Assembly (NCBI GenBank): GCA_043427135.1 | Contig: JBHWSH010000402.1 | Location: 1 to 53,721 of the forward strand | Direction: 5' to 3' | Origin: Marmoricola sp. | GTDB taxonomy: Bacteria; Actinomycetota; Actinomycetes; Propionibacteriales; Nocardioidaceae | Length of the DNA stretch: 53,721 nt | Shown here: piece after piece, positions 29,335-38,289 of the stretch | How positions within the stretch are numbered: position 1 is the first letter of the stretch | Layout: the number at the start of each line of letters is the position of its first letter | Notes under the pieces: generated by a model | What the model saw: only the letters and a program-made list of their open reading frames with translations | Told to the model about the DNA's origin: nothing | The model's database searches: none | Program-made: the position numbers and the translations under genes

Positions 29335-29706
29335 ATGGAGACCGCCGCCATCATGTCCTGGACGCTGGTGCAGGAGATCCCGATCCCGGACGACGTGAAC
29401 AACCTGCTGGTGGAGGGGGAGAAGGCCGTCGCTGCGTACAAGACGTTCCGCGACAGCGCTGTCTTCACCACCAAGCGGCTGATTGTGCGTGATGCGCAGG
29501 GGATGACCGGCAAGAAGGTCGAGATCTACTCGCTGCCCTACAAGAACATCAACATGTGGTCCTCGGAGAACGCGGGCAAGATGTTCGACTTCAACGCCGA
29601 ACTCGAGCTGTGGACCCGCGCTGGCCACATCAAGGTCAAGTTGGACAAGAAGATCGACATCCGCCGGCTCGATCAGCTGATCGCGTGGGCGGTGCTCAAC
29701 AGCTGA
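29335..29706 (+). CDS. Bacterial PH domain (bPH_1) protein
   Basis: RD..VFT.KRLIV.D.QG.TGKK.E..SLPY..I...S.ENAG. Confidence 0.9.
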   Translation: METAAIMSWTLVQEIPIPDDVNNLLVEGEKAVAAYKTFRDSAVFTTKRLIVRDAQGMTGKKVEIYSLPYKNINMWSSENAGKMFDFNAELELWTRAGHIKVKLDKKIDIRRLDQLIAWAVLNS

Positions 29707-29856
29707 CACGGGCCGGCCGGCGCTGTCGGTGACGGGCGAGACGTGCAGGCAGAGCTCGATTCTCCTTACGGGGTCGATCTCAGTCATGGAGTGACTGGGA
29801 TCGACCCGGTAAGCGGCGATCGTTAGCGCATCGGGCCGGTAGGGTACGAGACCGGC

Positions 29857-30633
29857 ATGGGAAGCGCGATCGCCTTCGGCGCCGTCGCCTCCAGCGCCCT
29901 GGTGCTGGGGTCGCTCGCCGGGCTGTGGCTGCGGCTGCCGAAGCGGGTGCTGGCGGCGATGCTGGCGTTCGCCGCCGGCTCGCTGATGACGGCGCTGGCA
30001 TTCGAGCTCTTCGAGGACTCCTACGAGCAGGGCGGTCTGTGGCGGGCCGCGCTCGGCCTGATCGTCGGTGCGCTGGTGTTCACCGCGATCAGCCAGTGGC
30101 TCGACCGGGCCGCCGAAGGCGCCCACGGCTCGGAGATCGGGTCGGAGAAGCTCGACCCGGAGGCGGCCGCCTCGGACCGGGCCGCGTCGTCGGCGTCCAC
30201 GACGGGCGCCGCCGGCCTCGCCCTGCTCGCGGCGGTGACCCTGGACGGCGTACCGGAGAACCTGGCGCTGGGCATCGCGCTGGGTGAGGGCACCGGCGGG
30301 TTGGCGTTGTTGGCGGCCATCTTCGTGTCCAACTTCCCCGAGGCGCTCGTCGGCAGCGCGTCGATGCGCGAGCAGGGCCGGTCGGCCGGGTTCGTGCTCG
30401 GCATGTGGTGGGTGTGCGCGCTGCTGCTCACCCTCGCCGTCGTCGTCGGCGCCGGGCCGCTGTCGAACGCCGACCCCACGACGATCTCGCTGCCGCTGGC
30501 GTTCGCCGCCGGTGCGGTGCTGGCGTCGCTGGCCGACACGCTGATGCCCGAGGCCTACCAGGACGGCGGGTGGGAGGTCTCGCTCGCGACGGCCGCCGGG
30601 TTCGTGCTGTCGTTCTACCTCGCCACGCTGTGA
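29857..30633 (+). CDS. ZIP metal transporter, copy 2
   Basis: 258 aa, colinear and near-identical in protein to 8639..9415. Confidence 0.9.
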   Translation: MGSAIAFGAVASSALVLGSLAGLWLRLPKRVLAAMLAFAAGSLMTALAFELFEDSYEQGGLWRAALGLIVGALVFTAISQWLDRAAEGAHGSEIGSEKLDPEAAASDRAASSASTTGAAGLALLAAVTLDGVPENLALGIALGEGTGGLALLAAIFVSNFPEALVGSASMREQGRSAGFVLGMWWVCALLLTLAVVVGAGPLSNADPTTISLPLAFAAGAVLASLADTLMPEAYQDGGWEVSLATAAGFVLSFYLATL

Positions 30634-30835
30634 GTGCCGGCCCGGCGCCGTACGACGAACGGCCGGGGCCGCGGGAACAGGTGCAGGGGCCGTCGCACCG
30701 CCGGTCCTGCCGTCTGCGAGCGGCACCGCCTGTCCGCGCGGCCCTGCCGGCCCGAGCTGTGAGGGACCGAACGCAGCTTTCCCTGCGCTGCGTGACCGGG
30801 GCGACGCAGGATGGAGGTGGAAGAAGGTGATCGGG

Positions 30836-31045
30836 ATGGCTGGCTCGTCGAGCCACGACCACGGCCCACAACAGCTGTCGATGCTGACCTACGGACTGCT
30901 CTTCGGCCCCGCGATGGGGATGCTCGTCGCGCTCGTCCTCGTCGGCGATGAGGCGCTCGCGCTGGGCTTGACGATCGGCGCAGCGGCCGGGGTCCTGCTG
31001 GGTGCGCTGCTGGACGTCGAGCGGGAGCGGCGCAGCGGTCGCTGA
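30836..31045 (+). CDS. Small two-TM glycine-rich membrane protein
   Basis: YGLLFGPAMG...ALGLTIGAAAGVLLG. Confidence 0.55.
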   Translation: MAGSSSHDHGPQQLSMLTYGLLFGPAMGMLVALVLVGDEALALGLTIGAAAGVLLGALLDVERERRSGR

Positions 31046-31052
31046 CGGGACG

Positions 31053-32709
31053 TCAGAGTCCGAGGCCGCCGTCGACGACCGGGCCGAAGCGGCCGCGGAT
31101 CTCGGGCGTGCGTTCGCGGGCGATCGCCAGGTAGTTGCTGAGCTGGTCGACGAAGACCTCCTCGTCGAACTTCGCGAACAGCAGCTCCGTCACCTGCCAC
31201 AGGCAGTGACCGCCGAGCCACCAGTGCGTGCCCATGGTGCTGGTGCGGCCGTGCAGCGCGTTGGCGAAGTCGACGATGGTCGCGCGCAGGTCGTCGGGCA
31301 CCTCGAGTACCCGGTGGTGAAATCGGACGTAGGGGAACAGCTCCTCGTTGGCGAGTACGGCGACGTCGATGCCGTCCTTCTCGAACGCGAATCGGCCGGG
31401 TGCGTACTCGTCCGGGTCGGCCTGCAGCCAGTCGCGCAACGAGTCGCGGACGAGTGAGATGAGCTCGTCGGCGTCGGCGGGCTTGGCGACCCTCGGCTCG
31501 TGTCGCGGCCGCTTGGGTAGCACCGGTCGCCGGCGGCGAGGCACCTGAGCGGCGTCGACAGGCGTGCCGCGCGCCCACAGCCGCACGTCCTCGACGTCCT
31601 CGACGACCCGTTGCAGGATCCAGGGGATGTCGAAGGCGAGCATGCGCGCGTCGTAGATGTCGACGTCCTTGTGCAGGCTGGCGGGATCGTTCCCGAACGG
31701 CTCCCAGCCCTCGGCCAGGAGCTCATCGCGCAGGTCGTCGTCGAGGTCGAGATCCGACGCCTGCACCGTGATCGAGCCGAGCGTGGAGAAGGCGGCGATG
31801 TGCGGTCCGTCGATGCCGGCGTCGGTCAGGCCGACCACGAGGGCGTCGCCGTAGTCGAGCCCGGCCTCGCCACGGAAGCCGGCCAGCGCGAGGGACAGGT
31901 AGGCATCCAGCCCGTCCCACCCGTCGTACCCGTTGAACGGCAAGCGTGTCCGCAGCGGCCAGTCCTCGGTCGACATCACGTCGTCGTCCTCGTCCGCCCA
32001 CGCCAGCCCCATCGCCTCCGGGAACGCGTGGAAGACCAGGGACGCGGTGAGCTCGACCATGCGGTCGACGTCGTCCATGTCGAGGGCGACGTACTCCTCG
32101 ACGATGGCAGCGAGCTGCTTCTCCTCCTCGTCGCCGAACCGCTCCGCGAACTCCTGCAACGCCGGGTCGGTGATCTCGTCGGGCAGGTGCTCGCGTCCGA
32201 TGAGGTACGCCGCGCGCGGGTAGGTGTCGAAGGTCGGCATCGCCTCGAGCTCGGCCGTGTCGAGCGCCGTGATCGCCTCGACGGCGTCGGGGCAGAGTGC
32301 GAGCACCAGGTCGTCGAGCCAGTAGCCGTGCAGGATCCGATGTGCGGCGTCGAACGCCCAGGCGTAGGGCTCGTCGAGCCCTTGCTCCTGCTCGAAGCGG
32401 ACGTGTGCGTCGGCGGCGTCCGCCCAGTCGGCGTCGCTCGCGAGCCAGGCAGCGGTCGCCCGCAGCGCCAGGCCTTCGACGACCCGGTCGGCCTCGACGG
32501 TCGGTCGACGTCCGACCCAGCCCTCGACGACGTCGCGGTCGAGCAGTAGGACTGTGGACCGCGGGTCCACCAGGTAGGGGAGCGCCGCGGTCTGCCTGCC
32601 GCGGGACCCACGACAGCGTCACGGTCGCAGGCTCCTCGAGCGTCTCCTGCAGAGCGCGGCATCGGACCTCGGCGGCCCGAAGCCGGGTCTCCCACCGTGC
32701 GTCGTCCAT
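31053..32709 (-). pseudogene. Acidic multidomain protein with TY-Chap/YbjN (T3SS-chaperone-like) domains; frameshifted by a 4-bp duplication at 32593-32600 (505-aa ORF from 32570 remains)
   Basis: ATG 32709 has a GAGGAG RBS; removing one TGCC joins it in frame to the 505-aa ORF (550 aa total); W..L...L...GD.L...L..GW.P and P...EL..LV...L patterns resemble TY-Chap N/C domains. Confidence 0.6.
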
Positions 32710-32735
32710 CGGTCTCCTCGTCGTGGCTGGGTCGG

Positions 32736-33302
32736 TCAGTCGTGGGGCCGGGGGTGGGCCAGCCGTAGCTCGGCGGCAAGCTCCGGGTGCGTCAGGAGCG
32801 CGGCCCGCAGCAGCCGCTTGGCGCGGGCGACGCGCTGGTCGACCGCGGCCCGCTCGATGCCGAACCGGTCCGCGACTGCGGCGGCGTCGAGGTCGTCGAC
32901 GAACCGCAGCCGGAGCACCTCGGCCGCCCCCGGCGGCAACAGCTGCAGGACCCGATCGAGCAGGTCGGCGCGGACCGGCACCAGCGACGGCGTCGACAGC
33001 GTGCGCAGCTCGGCGAGGAGGTCCTCGACGTCGCCGTCCTCGGTCTCCACCGGTCCGCGAACGAACTCGTGCTCTTCGCGCCGGCGTTGGCGGCGCAGGA
33101 AGCCGGTGGCCTCGTTGCGCACCGCCACTTCGAGCCACGCCGCCGGGTTGCGCGGGCCGTCCCCGTCCCGGAAGGCGCCGAGGTAGTCCGCGACCGCCTC
33201 ATGAGCGATGTCCTCCTGGTCCTGCGGGGCCAGCCCCCGGGTGAGGCGGTGGACGCGCGCCAGCCGGAGCGCGTCGGCGTACACGTCGATCGTCTGCGTC
33301 AT
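32736..33302 (-). CDS. ECF-type sigma-70 factor
   Basis: Region 2 QEDIAHEA...AWL..AVRN...LRR; region 4 LPP..AEVL.LRF...A.VA...GI...V..R..RA...LR. Confidence 0.85.
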   Translation of the reverse strand: MTQTIDVYADALRLARVHRLTRGLAPQDQEDIAHEAVADYLGAFRDGDGPRNPAAWLEVAVRNEATGFLRRQRRREEHEFVRGPVETEDGDVEDLLAELRTLSTPSLVPVRADLLDRVLQLLPPGAAEVLRLRFVDDLDAAAVADRFGIERAAVDQRVARAKRLLRAALLTHPELAAELRLAHPRPHD

Positions 33303-33375
33303 GGCCGCAGTGTGTGCCCGGGGTCCGAACCAACTCGGGTGTCAGATCGAGAGCCGCGCCGGCGTCGGGGGGTGT

Positions 33376-33981
33376 ATGAACGACACCGACATCCAGACCC
33401 TGCCCGTCCTCGAGGTCGCGAACGCGCACTTCGTCACGCCGTACCTCGCGGTCGGCGGCGACCTCGCCTACGACGATGCCACCGCCGTCCGACAGTCCGT
33501 CGAGCTCGTCGTCACGGGCGGCGTCACCCATGTCCTCGACGTCCGCTTCGAGGCCGATGACACCGACTGGTGGGCCGAGACCGAGGTCAGCTACCTGTGG
33601 GCCGGCATCGACGACGCCGGCCAGCGCGTGCCGGGCGAGTGGTTCGACCACGTGACCGGGTGGGCGCTTGCCGCGATCAAGGACGGTGGCGTCGTCCTGA
33701 CCCACTGTCACATGGGCATCAACCGCGGGCCGAGCGCCGGGTTCGCCGTCCTCGTCGGCCTGGGCTGGGACCCGGTGGTCGCACTGGCCGCCATCCGGGC
33801 GGCGCGCCCGATCGCGCACATCTGGTACGCCGAGGACGCCCTGGAGTGGCACTTCGACCGCGTCGGCGCCATCCCGGCCCAGCGGCGTACGACGCGCGCC
33901 CTGGTGGCGCAATGGCGCGAGCACAACCCGCTCGACGTGGTCCGGATCATCCGCCGGATCCGCGCCGGTGAGGCCGGTTGA
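33376..33981 (+). CDS. Dual-specificity / PTP-like phosphatase (CX5R)
   Basis: L.VGGD, GVTHVLD.R, IDDAG, VLTHCHMGINRGPS. Confidence 0.9.
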   Translation: MNDTDIQTLPVLEVANAHFVTPYLAVGGDLAYDDATAVRQSVELVVTGGVTHVLDVRFEADDTDWWAETEVSYLWAGIDDAGQRVPGEWFDHVTGWALAAIKDGGVVLTHCHMGINRGPSAGFAVLVGLGWDPVVALAAIRAARPIAHIWYAEDALEWHFDRVGAIPAQRRTTRALVAQWREHNPLDVVRIIRRIRAGEAG

Positions 33982-34032
33982 TTCGGACCCCAACCACATC
34001 ATCGCTTCACCACGACGAGGAGGGAGCCCGAG

Positions 34033-34953
34033 ATGACCGAGCTGATCGCCCGAACACGCATCGCACTGTCGCTCAAGCCGGACTTCACCGAAGGCCGGTG
34101 GGAGTGGAGCCTCGCAGGGGAGGGCTTCACGCTCACCGGCTCGGTGCCGGCCCGCGACCGGGAGGACGCCGTGTTGCTGGCGCTCGGTGCCAGCTACGAC
34201 TCGTTGCGAGACCGCGGCCCGGTGCAGTTGGTCGTCTCGCTGCCGGCCAGCGCCCGGTTGTGGGCGTACGCCGGCGACGTCGCCGCGCACTTCGCCGGTG
34301 TCACGCTGGTGCCTTTCAAGGACACCGACACCGAGCTGCGGGCGACAGCGATGAAGGCGTTGAACGCCCAGCCGCTCACTGCACCGGCCGTCCCGATGCA
34401 GCGGGTTCCTGACGGCCCGCTCACCGTCGCCACCGACGGCTCGGCGTCCCGCGGCCGGATCGGCTGGGGTTGGGTGACCGACGACGGGCGGCACGACTGC
34501 GGCTCGGCCACGCCGACGGTGAAGGCGTGCACCCGGCGCATCCAGCCGGCGTACGCCGAGCTGCGGGCGATCTCCGAGGCGATCGCGGCGCTGCCCGGTC
34601 GCGACCTGGTGATCCGCAGCGATTGCCAGCCGGCCGTGACGCTGGTCCGCGACTGGATCGCCGGGGTCGACCGGATGCCGTTCGGCTACGACGCCACCCA
34701 CCACGACGCCGACCGGCGGGGAGGCCTGCGCTGGATGCAGAAGCAGGTGCGCGCCGAAGCGCACCGCATCGACATCGGCTGGGTGCGCGGCCACGCCGGC
34801 GACCCGCTCAACGAGGCCGCCGACTCCCTCGCCAAGCTCGCCCGCCGCGCGACCGAGGGCACGTGGGGCTTCGCTCCCGCCGATGTCCCCGAGCGCGCCC
34901 GCGCCATCGCCGACGCGTTCGTCGGCCACCACCAGCCCGCAGCCGCGGCCTGA
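34033..34953 (+). CDS. Ribonuclease HI-family protein with an extra N-terminal domain
   Basis: All four acidic sites present: ATDGS, AELRAI, IRSDC, WVRGH.G..LNEAAD.LA. Confidence 0.9.
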   Translation: MTELIARTRIALSLKPDFTEGRWEWSLAGEGFTLTGSVPARDREDAVLLALGASYDSLRDRGPVQLVVSLPASARLWAYAGDVAAHFAGVTLVPFKDTDTELRATAMKALNAQPLTAPAVPMQRVPDGPLTVATDGSASRGRIGWGWVTDDGRHDCGSATPTVKACTRRIQPAYAELRAISEAIAALPGRDLVIRSDCQPAVTLVRDWIAGVDRMPFGYDATHHDADRRGGLRWMQKQVRAEAHRIDIGWVRGHAGDPLNEAADSLAKLARRATEGTWGFAPADVPERARAIADAFVGHHQPAAAA

Positions 34954-34978
34954 CCCACCACCGTCCTCGGGAGGACCC

Positions 34979-36277
34979 ATGAAGATCAACGCACTCCTCG
35001 ACGTCAACGTCGTCGCCCACGAGACCGAGGACGAGGTGGCCGTGCTGCTCGAGCTCGAGGCGCCCGCCGCGGTCTCCGGTGCGCCACGTCCGCAGGCGTC
35101 GCTGCAGGTCGTCCTCGACCGCTCCGGCTCCATGTCCGGCCCGCCGCTCGAGGGTGCGAAGCGGGCGCTCGTCGCGCTGGTGCGCCGGCTGGACCCGAAC
35201 GACAACTTCGGGTTGGTCACCTTCGACGACTCCGCGCAGGTGGTCGTGCCCGCCGGCCCACTCACCGACAAGGAGGCGGTGATCCAGCGGATCGAGGCCG
35301 TCCACGCCGGCGGGTCGACGGACCTGTCCGCCGGCTACCTCCGCGGCCTGCGGGAGCTCCGCCGGGTGCTGCCCACCGGCGCCGGGCCCCGGGCGAGCGG
35401 CACCGTCCTGGTGATCTCCGACGGCCACGTCAACGCCGGCGTCCGCGACGTCGACGAGTTCGCGACGGTGACGGCCAAGGCGTACCTCGACGGGATCGTC
35501 ACCTCGACGCTCGGCTATGGACGCGGGTACGACGAGACGCTGCTGGCCGCGATCGCACGGTCCGGCTCGGGCAACCACGTGTTCGCCGCCGACCCGGACG
35601 CCGCCGGTGCGGCCATCGCCGGCGAGGTGGACGGCCTGCTCGACAAGGTGGTGCAAGCGGTGTCGCTGACGGTGCGATTCGAGCCGGCGGTGCAGTTCCT
35701 GCGGCTCTACAACGATCTGCCTGCGCAGCAGATCGGGGACGGCCAGGTGATGATCGAGTTGGGCGACCTCTACAGCGAGGAGGCCCGCAAGGTCCTGCTC
35801 AAGCTGCGGGTGCCGGCGCTGGCCGACCTGGGTCTGGCCCGGGTGGCGACGCTCGAGCTCGCGTACGTCGAGCTGCCCGGCCTGGTCGAGCACACCGCGG
35901 CGCTGCCGATCAACGTCAACGTGGTGCCCGGGGACGAGGCCGCCGGCCGGGTGGCGCACCCGACGGTGCACTCCGAGGTGCTCTTCCAGGAGGCTCAGGA
36001 GGTGAAGCGGCAGGCGTCGGAGGCGTTCGAGCGCGGAGACTTCGCCGGCGGTCAGCAGCTCATCCGGGAGACCAAGGAGCGGCTCGGCCGGTCGCTGGAG
36101 GTCGCCCCCGAGGCGCTCAAGCCGGAGATCCGCGCGGAGCTCGGCGAGGTCGACCGGATGGAGCACCTCGGCGACACGACCGGCCCGTTGGCGGCGCCGA
36201 TGATGTCGAAGATGTCGCGGGAGTCCTACCACCGCAGCAACCGCAAGCGCGGCCGCCGGATGGAGACCGACGAGTGA
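34979..36277 (+). CDS. vWA domain protein (intact MIDAS) with Ig-like and helical C-terminus
   Basis: VVLDRSGSM, GGSTDL, ISDGHVN, STLGYG..YDE.LL..IA. Confidence 0.92.
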   Translation: MKINALLDVNVVAHETEDEVAVLLELEAPAAVSGAPRPQASLQVVLDRSGSMSGPPLEGAKRALVALVRRLDPNDNFGLVTFDDSAQVVVPAGPLTDKEAVIQRIEAVHAGGSTDLSAGYLRGLRELRRVLPTGAGPRASGTVLVISDGHVNAGVRDVDEFATVTAKAYLDGIVTSTLGYGRGYDETLLAAIARSGSGNHVFAADPDAAGAAIAGEVDGLLDKVVQAVSLTVRFEPAVQFLRLYNDLPAQQIGDGQVMIELGDLYSEEARKVLLKLRVPALADLGLARVATLELAYVELPGLVEHTAALPINVNVVPGDEAAGRVAHPTVHSEVLFQEAQEVKRQASEAFERGDFAGGQQLIRETKERLGRSLEVAPEALKPEIRAELGEVDRMEHLGDTTGPLAAPMMSKMSRESYHRSNRKRGRRMETDE

Positions 36278-36334
36278 GCGTGGGCGGGCGCGGAGGAGAG
36301 CTCGGCCGGACACTGACCGGTGAGAGGAGGACGG

Positions 36335-36430
36335 ATGCGGACGATGAGCTTCGCGGAGTGCCAGGCCCGGTACGCCGAGGTCCTCGACCGGGTCGCGCGC
36401 GACCGGGAAGAGGTGGTGATCGTCCCCGCG
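36335..36430 (+). pseudogene. yefM: YefM/Phd antitoxin N-terminal fragment
   Basis: MRTMSFAE.QARYAEVLDRV..DREEVVI then diverges where the convergent gene ends. Confidence 0.7.
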
Positions 36431-36443
36431 TATCTCCGGTCCC

Positions 36444-38120
36444 TCAGGCTCCCGCGCGAACGTAGTAAGCGCCCCGTCGTTCGCCGCGAAGCTCCAACTC
36501 ACCGGCTTCAGTGAGGCGCTTGAGAACTGAGCGCGCCTGGCCCGGGCTCAGATGGCACAGCTCAGCAGCCTTGCTCCTCGTGATGCGCCCGAACTGTTCC
36601 ACGTAGGTCAAGATCAGGCGCTCTTGTTGGATCGGATCGGTGTCTTGCAGACGCACGTACTCACTGGACGCCGCAAGTCGGTAGAACGCCGCGGTCAAGT
36701 GGTGACGCCGGTTGCGGCCAGGCCCCCTCGAGTCGACGAGTCCCATCTCGGTCAGCCGGGCGATATGGGCACGCAGCACCGAGACAGGTTCGTGAAGGGC
36801 GTCGGTCAACTCCCCGGTCGTCATCGGCCCCATGGCCTTGAGCTCGTGCAGGATCTGCAACTGAGGTAAGGCAAGCACATGGCCTGTCGACTCCTCGTGC
36901 TCCAGCACGAAGCGGACCATCTCCAAGTCTGAATCGCTTGTGGGGATCTGCACGATGACGGCGTGATCGTTGGTGGCCGAGTAGTCCGGGCCTCCACGGC
37001 CGGCACGCAGCAGCTGCAGATACATCTCCCGAATGCCACGTCCAGCGCGGTCGACGATTCCTGCTCGTTTGAACGCCTCCGCCAAGATCGGGCTACGAGG
37101 CTTGGAGTCGTCGAGGAAGTTCAGGAGCGTGATTCCTGGCGGGAACCCGCCTGGACTGCTGACGCGGAACCGGTCATCAGCCAATTGGATCATGATGGAT
37201 CCGACCTCGGAGTAGTCGCGATGCACCAAGGCGTTGGCGATCGCCTCGCGGATGGTGGTGGGAGGCAGCCTTGGTACGCCGACCCGGTGGAGCCCGATCA
37301 CGAGTTCCTGCTCCGAGTTGCGGATGTCGACAAGGTCGAACGTGCGCTCGGCGGCTCGCAGCAGCGGCAGGCGCATCGTCTGGTTGGTCGTGATGGCGTC
37401 GCCGCGGAGCTCCTGGAAGATGACTTCAGCGGTCGGGACGTGGCGTTCCAGAGCTACAGAGGTTCCGAACAGGAGAATGGCGCCCAACGTGAGCTGGTTG
37501 TCTTGCTCGGGGAGGACGAGCCGGAGACTCCTGAGGATCTCGGCATTGTCCAGCTGAGCGAGTGTCTGATCGCCCTTGCCGCTCGCGCACAAGGCTCGGA
37601 AGCGCTGGAACTCGGTCTCGTCGAGGTCGTCGAGGTGTGCTCCGCGGGCCGGGGTCGCGGCGTAGTCGCGTCCTTGGGCTGTCAGCCCTGCCGAGAGCAT
37701 TTCGTGGAGGGGATACCGAATGCACTCGGGCTTGCCGTCGACACGAAGGGAACGGCGCAGGTACTTGCCTGTTGTCTTCGACCCGACCGGGATGACTGCT
37801 TTCGGCACGTCGATGACGGCTACGGACTTGTCACCCACGTCGATGACGTCGACGGTGGTCGGCACCGGGGCATCGGTGCGGTTCACGATCATTGCTTGGA
37901 TGAGTTCGGGTCGTGTCCCCGAGTCATGACGTGGTTCGAGGCCCGTGATGGTGCCATCGTCCTCCACGCCCAGAAGCAGGAGGCCGCCTTCGCCATTGGC
38001 GAGGCAGACAACGGCGTCGACGATGTCGTTGTCGCTCAGTGAAGAACGCGCACCGCGCTTGAATTCCACGGTCAGCGACTCTCCACGCGCGGTGAGCTCA
38101 CGCACCTCATCAGGGGTCAC
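36444..38120 (-). CDS. AlbA_2 (Schlafen-like) - ATP-binding (HATPase_c_4/RecG-C-like) - HTH protein
   Basis: GESLTVEFK, CLAN.EGG.LLLGVEDDG, REAIANALVHRDY, SSPGG, RAGRG, two C-terminal wHTH regions; lower GC3 than neighbours. Confidence 0.88.
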   Translation of the reverse strand: MTPDEVRELTARGESLTVEFKRGARSSLSDNDIVDAVVCLANGEGGLLLLGVEDDGTITGLEPRHDSGTRPELIQAMIVNRTDAPVPTTVDVIDVGDKSVAVIDVPKAVIPVGSKTTGKYLRRSLRVDGKPECIRYPLHEMLSAGLTAQGRDYAATPARGAHLDDLDETEFQRFRALCASGKGDQTLAQLDNAEILRSLRLVLPEQDNQLTLGAILLFGTSVALERHVPTAEVIFQELRGDAITTNQTMRLPLLRAAERTFDLVDIRNSEQELVIGLHRVGVPRLPPTTIREAIANALVHRDYSEVGSIMIQLADDRFRVSSPGGFPPGITLLNFLDDSKPRSPILAEAFKRAGIVDRAGRGIREMYLQLLRAGRGGPDYSATNDHAVIVQIPTSDSDLEMVRFVLEHEESTGHVLALPQLQILHELKAMGPMTTGELTDALHEPVSVLRAHIARLTEMGLVDSRGPGRNRRHHLTAAFYRLAASSEYVRLQDTDPIQQERLILTYVEQFGRITRSKAAELCHLSPGQARSVLKRLTEAGELELRGERRGAYYVRAGA

Positions 38121-38123
38121 GCG

Positions 38124-38194
38124 GCCATAGTTATGCATATATATGAGTCTGGCAAGAGCTGGACTGATTGACGCCATACTTATGCATAGAAATG
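38124..38194. promoter_or_regulatory. Two 22-bp AT-rich direct repeats (38124-38145, 38173-38194), each containing palindrome TATGCATA
   Basis: GCCATAGTTATGCATATATATG and GCCATACTTATGCATAGAAATG, 49 bp apart, in a divergent promoter region. Confidence 0.7.
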
Positions 38195-38289
38195 GAGAAT
38201 CCGGCGGCCGCTGCCGAGCCAGCAACGACCGTGATTCGGCTGACCGGGACGCCGACAGACGGCAGGATGGAGGCGGACGGGGGAGTGAG

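Noticed and set aside
29180..29815. Possible minus-strand gene fragments flanking the PH-domain gene
   Set aside because: Short protein-like stretches without start, RBS or recognisable motif; cannot be supported without a search.
33376..36277. Retron or other reverse-transcriptase system suggested by the RNase H
   Set aside because: No RT (YADD/YVDD-type) gene and no msr-msd-like region are visible in the window.
13483..36430. YoeB fragment (13483) and YefM fragment (36335) as halves of one split operon
   Set aside because: Their order is reversed relative to yefM-yoeB, they are 23 kb apart and no shared junction sequence is visible; independent remnants are simpler.
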